Positions 55,796-64,000 of a DNA stretch of 64,000 nt are shown here, piece by piece (within the stretch, counting starts at the first letter, position 1; every line of letters starts with the position of its first letter). A program made the position numbers and the translations under genes. The stretch is from Candidatus Poribacteria bacterium. GTDB taxonomy: Bacteria > Poribacteria > WGA-4E > PCPOR2b. The notes under the pieces were generated by a model that had not been told where the DNA came from, searched no databases, and worked only from the letters and a program-made list of their open reading frames with translations. The stretch spans positions 1,056,001 to 1,120,000 of the forward strand of contig OZ244587.1 of assembly GCA_965218095.1 (NCBI GenBank). The letters run 5' to 3'.

Positions 55796-58168
55796 ATGTT
55801 TTACAAAGGATTACAACTAGATCGGTTCCAAGAGGAGACGATTCATGCGATAGATCGAAATCATTCCGTGATTGTCACCGCACCGACAGGAGCAGGCAAA
55901 ACGGTGATTGCCGAGTATGCTGTCGAAAAGTGCATTGACACGGGGCGTCGCGTGATTTATACGGCGCCGATCAAGGCATTGAGCAACCAAAAGTACCGCG
56001 ATTTCTATCAGGAATACGGCGATCGCGTCGGCATTGTCACGGGTGACGTGGTGCTCAATCCGTTTGCACAAGTGCTGCTCATGACCACCGAGATCTTTCG
56101 GAATACGATCTTTGATGATATTACCCGTTTAGATGATGTCGAGTACGTCATCTTCGACGAAATCCACTACATCAACGATATTGAGCGCGGGACTGTTTGG
56201 GAAGAAAGCATCATTTTTGGGCCTCAGAACATCAAATTTGTCTGCTTGAGTGCGACAATCCCGAATATCAACCAATTTGCTGAATGGATGCAGACAGTCC
56301 GAGAGACTGAGATTGACGTTATCGAAGAGCTCGAACGGCCTGTTCCTCTGGAGCATCACCTTTACCTAGAGGGATACGGCATCGGTGATCTTGAGAGCCT
56401 GCAACGGATTCAAGCGTCCTTTATGGATGGGGACTTCTACGACCCCAATGACGATGAAACGATTCAGAAGGCACCGCCCAACCTCATTCGCACAGATCTC
56501 ATTCGCCACATTCAGAATCAAAACCAACTTCCCTGTCTTTACTTCTGCTTCAGTCGAAAAGGCTGTCAGCAAAATGCGGAGTATTACGCCAACCAGAATT
56601 TCCTGACGTCAGAACAACGAGAGAAAATCCGTCATCTTTTTGACGCACTCTGCACACGTTACAATATCCATGACGAACGCAACACCAAAGGCTTTCGCAG
56701 CCTTATTTCCAAAGGTGTTGCCTATCATCACGCGGGGATGCTGCCAACCTTAAAAGAGGTAGTTGAACGCCTGTTTACTTCCGGTCTGATTCAGTTACTC
56801 TTCACGACGGAGACCTTTGCGGTTGGCATCAATATGCCGGCGTGCACGGTCGTTTTCGAGAGCTTGGAGAAGTATGATGGCGTTAATTTCCGCTATTTGA
56901 AAGCCCGTGAGTACCATCAGATGTCGGGGCGTGCCGGGCGGCGTGGTATTGACCCGATTGGTTATGTATATGCGCGGGTCACTCCCCGATTTGCAGATGT
57001 TGAGCAGGTCCGCCGCATCGTCTCCGACAAAGTCGAGCCAATTGAAAGTCAGTTCAATCTCTCCTATTCGAGTATCCTGAATCTGTACGAAAAATATGGG
57101 GATAACATCTATGATGTGTGTACCCAGAGCTTGAACAATTTCCAAAATTATGAGCGGGTTAGGAAAACTAATGCAAAGATTAAACGCGCTTCTGCAACGC
57201 TAAAAGAACTCCCCCGACCCGTTTGTATCTATGACGGCGTTGATGGATCTGATCAGGTTGGCAGCTATAGCCGCCTTCTGGATCAGATTGCAGAGCAGAC
57301 CAAACGCTTAAAAGCAGAATGTCTTGCAACCAAATGGAAAGAACGTGGACGAAAAAAGCACAAGGTGCGCCGTCAGAAGTTTGCACAGATTGATCGGCAG
57401 CTTCGGCAGCTTCAATCTACCCAAAACAGGAATCTCTGTCATGGCTGTCAGCAATTCAAACGCTGCTATCAACGCTACCGCAAAATCGAACAAGCTGAAA
57501 ATCGGATTCGGGCGCTTAAAGATCAGAAAGCCTACTTTGAGGATTATCAGAGAGAGCAAATATCGTCCCGTCTGAAGGTGCTGGAAGAACTTGGCTATAT
57601 CGACGCATCCGGATTGCTGGCAAGAGGGCAGATTGCGTCACAGATCAACGGCTATGAAATGCAGGTGACTCAACTCCTTTTCAGAGGCTTTTATGAAGGA
57701 TTAAGTGAAGATGACCTCAATGCCCTCGCAATGGCGATTGTTTGCGAACCCAGAAAGGACTGGAGCCATTATAGAAAACTGCAAGATAAACGACTTAGAA
57801 GACTGCTACGAGCAGCGGACAGAGAGATTGAGTTCGTCCGAGCATTAGAAGAACAGTATCAGGTTGCTGAAACCACCCCAAAGCTAGAAATAAAGTTGAG
57901 TACAGCAATGCTTGCGTGGAGTCAAGGTTGCGAGTTTGAGGCGCTCCACCAATATGTCGATTTGGCTGATGGCGACTTTGTGCGTGCGTTTCGACTCGTT
58001 ATTGATCTCCTTCGGCAGATGCGTCGGGCAATGATCGAGCACGCTGCTTTATTAGATAAGATAGATCGGTGCCTTGATAAAATCAATCGGGATGTGGTGG
58101 ACGCCGAACGTCAATTACACGCTGGACAAGAAGAACCTGGCGCCGATGACACATCGATCAGCCAATAG
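55796..58168 (+). CDS. Ski2/HelY-like DEAD/DEAH RNA helicase with DSHCT domain
   Basis: APTGAGKT, PIKALSNQK, DEIH, LSAT, HHAGM, QMSGRAGRRG and C-terminal GDFVR motifs. Confidence 0.92.
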   Translation: MFYKGLQLDRFQEETIHAIDRNHSVIVTAPTGAGKTVIAEYAVEKCIDTGRRVIYTAPIKALSNQKYRDFYQEYGDRVGIVTGDVVLNPFAQVLLMTTEIFRNTIFDDITRLDDVEYVIFDEIHYINDIERGTVWEESIIFGPQNIKFVCLSATIPNINQFAEWMQTVRETEIDVIEELERPVPLEHHLYLEGYGIGDLESLQRIQASFMDGDFYDPNDDETIQKAPPNLIRTDLIRHIQNQNQLPCLYFCFSRKGCQQNAEYYANQNFLTSEQREKIRHLFDALCTRYNIHDERNTKGFRSLISKGVAYHHAGMLPTLKEVVERLFTSGLIQLLFTTETFAVGINMPACTVVFESLEKYDGVNFRYLKAREYHQMSGRAGRRGIDPIGYVYARVTPRFADVEQVRRIVSDKVEPIESQFNLSYSSILNLYEKYGDNIYDVCTQSLNNFQNYERVRKTNAKIKRASATLKELPRPVCIYDGVDGSDQVGSYSRLLDQIAEQTKRLKAECLATKWKERGRKKHKVRRQKFAQIDRQLRQLQSTQNRNLCHGCQQFKRCYQRYRKIEQAENRIRALKDQKAYFEDYQREQISSRLKVLEELGYIDASGLLARGQIASQINGYEMQVTQLLFRGFYEGLSEDDLNALAMAIVCEPRKDWSHYRKLQDKRLRRLLRAADREIEFVRALEEQYQVAETTPKLEIKLSTAMLAWSQGCEFEALHQYVDLADGDFVRAFRLVIDLLRQMRRAMIEHAALLDKIDRCLDKINRDVVDAERQLHAGQEEPGADDTSISQ

Positions 58169-58249
58169 TCGCGTGCAACCGATATGAGGGAAGTGATGAG
58201 GAAGACTCAATTCAATTTGGAAGAAATTCGCAGTGAAGCGAGAAAATTT

Positions 58250-58493
58250 TACCTCGCTAAACAATGCAGGTTATCTGCAAGCGTTTATGTGTTATGCCCA
58301 CCTCCAGGAGTTCGTGATACAAAATCACGGCGATCCATGGTTCACCAATCCGAAAGCGGGCGAGTTTTTGAAGGAAATTTGGGCGGTTGGACAAAAGTAT
58401 AAAGCATGGGAGCTTGTGCAACAGCTTAGGTATGGAGATCTGGATATCGTGCCACTGATTTATTATATGGAAGAGCTACTGGGAAACGACTAA
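58250..58493 (+). pseudogene. C-terminal fragment of a metallopeptidase-like protein
   Basis: A.YLQA...G..WF.NPKAGEFLKE.W..G pattern without a credible start. Confidence 0.4.
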
Positions 58494-58650
58494 AGAGCGC
58501 TAGAGAACTTTTCCCTTGCCCCCAGATTAAGGTTGTGTTACAATGGTTAATATTTGTTTATGGTTATGTGAAACAACGTGCTTTTCACGTTAGGATTTAC
58601 GTAGCTGAACCACGTAACTCCTAATAAAACTCTACCAATGGAGAGATAAC

Positions 58651-59196
58651 ATGGCAGATCAAGAGTTTGAACTGACCGCACAATTGCGAATTCGAGTAGC
58701 TGAGGCAAAGGACGCGAAAGATTTGCAGGCCTATTGCTTTACCGGTAGAACTGCAGAGGAAATCGACAAGGAATTAAAAGACGATCTCTCACGGAACAAG
58801 AAGGGAGAGATCTATCGAGTTGTCGCTGAAGCCAGCGGACATGCAATCGGAAACATCCGATTTGAACGCAACAAAGTCGATAATGAGATTGGAGAAATAA
58901 GCCAGTTGACGGTTTCTCCGCCTTTCCGTCAGTTTGACATCGCGGCTAAATTGATCGACGCTACTGAGCAGATCGCTCAGGAAAATGGCATCAAGACGCT
59001 TCAGATTGAATTACCCCGGTCTGAGAAGGCAATCATAAGCGCCTACACGGAGTGGGGATTTGCTGAACGTCCTGTCGTGACATTGCAAAAAACAGTCGAA
59101 TCACCTGACCAAGAAACGTCCACAGATAAAAATGCCCCATCAGAGGAATCCCCTGAGGATTCAGATAATGAGGGAGAACAGCAAGAACTGTTGTAA
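58651..59196 (+). CDS. GNAT family N-acetyltransferase
   Basis: L.V.P.FR..DIAAKL and A..AY..WGF motifs; acidic tail. Confidence 0.75.
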   Translation: MADQEFELTAQLRIRVAEAKDAKDLQAYCFTGRTAEEIDKELKDDLSRNKKGEIYRVVAEASGHAIGNIRFERNKVDNEIGEISQLTVSPPFRQFDIAAKLIDATEQIAQENGIKTLQIELPRSEKAIISAYTEWGFAERPVVTLQKTVESPDQETSTDKNAPSEESPEDSDNEGEQQELL

Positions 59197-59299
59197 GTAA
59201 GCCGTAAAACGTCTGAGGTTTTTAAAGATGTAAAGAAACCTTGACAGGGACAGCTATAAGCGTCTATCCTTGGATGAAAATGCTCGTAAGGAGGACGCG

Positions 59300-59587
59300 A
59301 TGTTCCAACAATTGACCGTTGGTTTGAAGTTCTTTCAACTTCTTTTATCCGAACAATTTCTGTTATCGGAGTTGGATGCGCTTTGGGACGCGGTGGAAGC
59401 GGCAGGATGGGCATGTGCAGGATCAATCATTGGTTGTGTAATGGCGATCGCGTCAGGTGGATGGGCAGTCTGGGCTTGTGCGCTTACAGTTGGTGCGTGC
59501 ATGAGACTAACACAGAAAGCGGCCGATAAATTGGTGGCGTATTGGAATTGCAAAGACAGGCACAATAACACGACAGCCTATAATTGA
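59300..59587 (+). CDS. Cys/Gly/Ala-rich small protein, candidate bacteriocin/RiPP precursor
   Basis: TTGACA (59241)-N18-TATCCT, RBS AAGGAGG; C-x6-C-x13-C-x6-C core. Confidence 0.55.
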   Translation: MFQQLTVGLKFFQLLLSEQFLLSELDALWDAVEAAGWACAGSIIGCVMAIASGGWAVWACALTVGACMRLTQKAADKLVAYWNCKDRHNNTTAYN

Positions 59588-59602
59588 CCTATCATGAACA
59601 CC

Positions 59603-59636
59603 AGTCGGTGGAGGCAGCCTGCTGTCTCCGCCGACT
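59603..59636 (+). other. Strong intercistronic hairpin without a U-tract
   Basis: AGTCGGTGGAGGCAG-CCTG-CTGTCTCCGCCGACT. Confidence 0.7.
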
Positions 59637-59664
59637 CAACGAAAGTGAAGGAGAAAATTCCGCC

Positions 59665-59796
59665 ATGATATTAAAAAGCAAAAGACTTTACCTGCTTATA
59701 CCAGTCATTCTTACTGTTAATTTGACTGCGTTATACCTTTGGACAAAAATCGGGTGGACTAAACCGACCATCATTTTCACATTGAATGGGTATTAG
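59665..59796 (+). pseudogene. Membrane protein N-terminus ending at the IS5 junction
   Basis: RBS AAGGAG; MILKSKRLYLLIPVILTVNLTALYLW; the stop codon TAG overlaps the IS end. Confidence 0.5.
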
Positions 59797-60615
59797 GTTC
59801 TGTTGACATTTCAAGGGAGCCATATAAGAGTGGAGACAAAGCTGAGAAATCCAAAATAACGGATAGCTAACTTCTCGAACCGAGAGAAGATGCGGCGATA
59901 CCATTTTATCTTGTTAATGAAACATTCAACCCGATGTCTCTCTTTGTACAGATGTTTGTCGTAATCTCTTTGATCCACACGATGACTTTTTGGCGGTATC
60001 ACCGCAATCGCTCCATTCGCCTCAATAACCGCGATAAAAGCGTCCGAATCGTACCCCTTGTCTCCAATCACATACTCGCTTTTATATCCAAGTATCAACG
60101 CTTCTGCTTCCGCTATGTCGTTTCTTTGACCGGGTGTCAGATGTATTCTTAGTGGATTACCCAGGCCGTCAACGGTGATGTGAATTTTTGTACTGAATCC
60201 CCCGCGAGAGCAGCCTAACGCTTGGTTTTCAGTGCCACCCTTTTTTTTAAGGCACCCGCCGCAGACGGGTGCGCTCGAATGATTGTACTGTCAACAATAA
60301 GCGACTCGATATCGGGGTCAGAGGCGAAGTGGGGGTGGATCTGTGTGAAGACCCCTTTGTCGCACCACCGAGCAAACCGCTTATAGAGGGTGTTCCATTT
60401 ACCATAGGTGTCTGGCAGAAGTCTCCATTGAGCACCGCTACGGGTCGCCCAGAGAACAGCTTCGATAAAGCGGCGTGTTGTCGCTTCGTTGCCAACATAG
60501 ATGGTGGGACAAGTTAGAAGAAACGAGTATATCTTTTTCCATTGGTCATCGGGTAAGGTTATTGGCATCATTCTTCTATTATGCCACAACCTTATACTCA
60601 AATGTCAACAGAACC
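59796..60615 (-). mobile_element. IS5-family element, copy 3
   Basis: Same IRs; orfA 60215-60601 and orfB to 59811 with an intact TT-A8 frameshift window. Confidence 0.93.
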
Positions 60616-60617
60616 TA

Positions 60618-61060
60618 GTTGAAGCGGATGCTGACATTGGCCGGCTGCCATTGTGCGTTGGAGCCCATTAGAGAGACACTGGCCAAGAGTGCCTCAACCC
60701 AATCGAGAAACCGAATTACCATTAGTGTCGATAACACCGTCTTAAAACGGTGTGGTCAATTTCTCAGCTATGTCTACTCCTGGTGGAGTGGACAATACAA
60801 TCGAACCCTTGATGGGCAGAACCTGTTGGCCATCACCATTCGCATCGGCCAAATCGTCATTTCGTTATCGATTCGGACGGTGAGTAAACAAGGACAAGCT
60901 AACACGTAAAAGCCGGATTTGCTCAAGGCAATGCTGACTGATGTCCTGGCCTTTTTTTCTGAGGCTGGGATCAATCTGCCCCAATTTCTCATCACCTTTG
61001 ACTCGTGGTATGGGTTGCAACTGTTACGTGAGGTGCTTGCCGAGAAGGAGTCTACAGCAG
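60618..61060 (+). pseudogene. IS4/IS701-superfamily transposase internal fragment
   Basis: ISVDNT...WWSG...GQNLL and LITFDSWYG, with a stop at 60907. Confidence 0.6.
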
Positions 61061-61321
61061 CATTGCCACAAAAGTGCTTTCATGCTTGATGGAACTCTTC
61101 CTTTGTCAGGAAACCGGCAAGACATTACACCAAATCCAAATCGCTCTGCGAAGAGAAGTTTATCCAGAAGTTTTCTTTCGGGAGCATTTTCATTCTGGTT
61201 GGTGGCTCAATCCTTTATCAGTAGCAGCATAAGTCTACATTTTAAAAATCTCAGAACGTAAAACGTGAACAGTTTTACGTTTTACGCCTGACGTTTCACA
61301 CTTCACGGATTGGAGTGAATA

Positions 61322-62215
61322 ATGAAGAAATATCTCAATTTATGTATTGCTGTGATTGGCATTGCTGCCTTTTTTATCGGCTGCGGCAGCCAAAATGAAT
61401 ACCTTTCTAAAGGTAAAGAACTGATTAAATCTGATAAACGTCGGAAAGAGGAACGTGCTGCCGAGCAGTTTCAGAAAGCGGTTAATCTTGAGCAGAATAA
61501 TGCGGAAGCGCACTACCTCCTCGGTTACTACGATTCTGAAACGTTCTACGAAGATGACGACTCCCGTAAGAAAGAAGCCTCGATCGAGGAACGAGGCAAG
61601 CACATGTTCCTCGCTTACCAGAATGATAAACGCAAATACCTCGAAGTTCTTGTTTTCGAGACATTAAGGAATCGCGAGCCCGACGTTCAAGAGGCGGCAT
61701 TGGACGCGCTTAAACGCATCTACAAACAGGGCGATCGGAAGAAATTACTGAAAGCATTGAAAAAAGCGATTAAATCCAAGGATAATCGAGATCGACACGA
61801 TTCACAGTGGGTACTGGCTGCGCTTGGTAGGGAGGATGCGAATACAATTGTACCCATCCTCGTGGATCTGCTAGAATACAAGCGCAGAGAAACTCGTTTG
61901 AATGCGATAAAAGCACTCGGTGGAATCGGCGATGAAAGCGCAATTCCCGTATTGGTCGAGGTGGTCAACTCGGGTTCGGCCAAACGCAAGAAAGATAGAG
62001 CAGACCCGGAGATACGGGGACTTGCAGTCGAAGCGTTGGGCAAAATTGGTGGGTCTGCTGTAAACGAATTGGTCAAGATCGTCCGAAACAAAGGGTCCTC
62101 AATGCGCGTTGACGCGATTCAGGCTTTAGAACAGCTCGGTGACGAAAGGGCGGTCAAACCGCTGCTGGAGGTTTTAAGCGAACAGGGAAGCCGGGAGGTC
62201 GTCGTCAAGTTCTGA
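61322..62215 (+). CDS. Lipoprotein with TPR and HEAT/PBS-lyase repeats
   Basis: Lipobox FFIGC, AEAHYLLG, repeated A..ALG.IGD..A...L. Confidence 0.8.
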   Translation: MKKYLNLCIAVIGIAAFFIGCGSQNEYLSKGKELIKSDKRRKEERAAEQFQKAVNLEQNNAEAHYLLGYYDSETFYEDDDSRKKEASIEERGKHMFLAYQNDKRKYLEVLVFETLRNREPDVQEAALDALKRIYKQGDRKKLLKALKKAIKSKDNRDRHDSQWVLAALGREDANTIVPILVDLLEYKRRETRLNAIKALGGIGDESAIPVLVEVVNSGSAKRKKDRADPEIRGLAVEALGKIGGSAVNELVKIVRNKGSSMRVDAIQALEQLGDERAVKPLLEVLSEQGSREVVVKF

Positions 62216-62244
62216 ACCCTAAAATCAGTCTGAAAGGAAATCTT

Positions 62245-63657
62245 ATGATTTGGAAAATGCAACTTAGTTTTCTCCTAATCTGTGTAATTTTATGTGCCAG
62301 CGGGTGCGGCGATAACCAATATCGCGATGATCGACTTCAAATGACAATCCAACAGTTGGATAGCGATCTCGACAACCGTTGGTCAACAACTGGCGTGGTG
62401 GTAATCGATGTGAATGCAAATAGTCCAGCAAGCCAGGCAGGACTTGAAGAGGGGGAACTGATTTCTTATGTGATTGGCGAACGAATAATCAACAGCAGCA
62501 GCGACTATAAACAAGCTGTCAAGCAGGCAATGAAGGACGACAACAATTTTATTCTCAAGCTGACAGATGGCCAAGAAATTCGACTGGCTGTCCGAAGGCG
62601 CGGCGATAAAGTCGGACTCGATGTTGACGGGGCCCGCATTAGCAAAGTAACCTCGGGCAGCCCGGCTGATACGAGCAACATCAAGGTAGACAACACGATT
62701 AAAAGCGTTATCGATGAACGGAATATCAAAACGATCAAAGACTATAAGAAAGCTATCCGTGAATTTGCGAAGCACGATTCTAAACTCACATTTCGCACAA
62801 CCGAATTGGTTGGTATTAAGATTGCCACTGTAAACGCACTCGGTAATCTGGGGGATGTACGAGCGGTAGATCCCTTAACGGCGATTGTAGAAAGCGAGGG
62901 GAGCACCCTGCGTCAGCCGGCTGCTGAAGCGCTGGAACGCCTCGTTGCATTGAGCCAATTGAACGATCTCTTCCAGCAATTCCAGGGTGCAAATGCGGAT
63001 GATTTACCTGCCGATCAGTTGCATCCGCAGAAACGTGAATCCGCAGAGATTCTAGGTCTGCTCACGGTCGATTTTGAAAACAACCGCGCGACGCTTAACC
63101 ATCCATTCGGCACCCAATTTCGGCACAGATCCGCAGCCTTATACCAAAGGATAACCGATGGACAAATGGTCGAACTGGCAAGAAAATATATCAGACGTGA
63201 AATTGAACCGGATCAAGAGATTCGGCGAGCTTGTATCTCCATGTTGGGAGACCTCAAACCGACATCCGCCATCGCGGATCTGATTCCCGTGATGGAGGAT
63301 AGCATGGAAGTTCCCGGCATCCGCTTCAAAGCTGGGCTTGCACTGAGTCAGATCGGCGGACCATCTGTCGATTCCCTCATTGCCACCTTTGATCGTGGTG
63401 ATGCGAGTGTTAAAGATATTGCCGCTTCTGCGCTCGGAAATATTGGTGGGAATAAAGCGCGAAATACCCTGATTAGAGCGCTGGAAACGATAGATGATCC
63501 AACAATTAAGCTGACTGTTGCAGACGCCGTTGCCAAAGTCGGCGATCCCCCTTCGATTGAGGCGCTTCGTCTCCAAAGGGAGCGGCTTCCAGAGGGAAGC
63601 GGCTTAAGGACATTCCTCAACGAGCTACTCAAACAGCTTGATACCCAATCGATGTAG
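62245..63657 (+). CDS. Lipoprotein with two PDZ-like domains and HEAT repeats
   Basis: Lipobox ASGC, V..NSPA.QAGL.EG, V..GSPA...IKV and HEAT repeats. Confidence 0.8.
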   Translation: MIWKMQLSFLLICVILCASGCGDNQYRDDRLQMTIQQLDSDLDNRWSTTGVVVIDVNANSPASQAGLEEGELISYVIGERIINSSSDYKQAVKQAMKDDNNFILKLTDGQEIRLAVRRRGDKVGLDVDGARISKVTSGSPADTSNIKVDNTIKSVIDERNIKTIKDYKKAIREFAKHDSKLTFRTTELVGIKIATVNALGNLGDVRAVDPLTAIVESEGSTLRQPAAEALERLVALSQLNDLFQQFQGANADDLPADQLHPQKRESAEILGLLTVDFENNRATLNHPFGTQFRHRSAALYQRITDGQMVELARKYIRREIEPDQEIRRACISMLGDLKPTSAIADLIPVMEDSMEVPGIRFKAGLALSQIGGPSVDSLIATFDRGDASVKDIAASALGNIGGNKARNTLIRALETIDDPTIKLTVADAVAKVGDPPSIEALRLQRERLPEGSGLRTFLNELLKQLDTQSM

Positions 63658-63749
63658 AGGTCGCCCCAGACAAGAATTCTGTTGTCCCAAAGAATATTCA
63701 CCAATCAGATAATAAAAAAGCCATAGATTCGACAAATCAAGCACCCGCC

Positions 63750-63968
63750 ATGCAATGCCAGTCGCAGCAATCTATCCGGAAAATCGTTGTCGAGATTGGG
63801 GCACGGATTCCTGATCAGGAGTGGGCAAAAGCACCCGATGACGCCTCAATCAACCTAAAGCGCTATCTTTACGGATCACCGAAAAGGAACGCATGAGCGC
63901 CATATTTGCGGAGGCTGGATGTTGGATTGCGCTGTTCAATCCCTACGATGACTGGATCCTTTATTGAG
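63750..63968 (+). pseudogene. VapBC-like toxin-antitoxin remnant
   Basis: IGARIPDQEWAKAPDDASINLKRYLYG overlaps (ATGA) with MSAIFAEAGCWIALFNP.DD, a truncated PIN start. Confidence 0.6.
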
Positions 63969-64000
63969 ACAACGGGAAAATTAGGGGAAGAGGGAACAGT

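Overview
Bacterial chromosomal window (translation table 11). The gene content is suggestive of a Candidatus Poribacteria-like genome, but that is only an inference from the PhyH, DHDPS-like, trypsin-TPR and HEAT-repeat lipoprotein genes. Housekeeping genes are a PyrR-attenuated HD-pyrR-pyrC-(MTase)-carA-carB operon, glyA-folC-hppA, accC-comB, nadA, a cold-shock gene and a Ski2-like helicase. They are interspersed with many IS elements (three IS5 copies, nested IS3 elements, IS701, IS982-like and DDE_Tnp_1 elements), three MITE families and many pseudogenes. Best leads: (1) a stand-alone DRT4/UG15-like antiviral reverse transcriptase behind an IS5-type MITE; (2) a glycocin-like twin C-x6-C peptide precursor with its own promoter, a downstream hairpin and an IS-truncated partner gene; (3) a 2.06-kb non-autonomous composite transposon made of a MITE and a deleted IS701, bounded by a TTCCA target duplication and carrying an Ig-like/APH-kinase gene; (4) an integron-type gene cassette with an attC site; (5) a MITE that duplicated the -10 box of the nadA promoter; (6) a window-wide family of 7-bp repeats that overlap gene ends and place stop codons in all three frames. 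No rRNA, tRNA or CRISPR array was recognised. All family assignments come from motif recognition by eye; no database searches were run.
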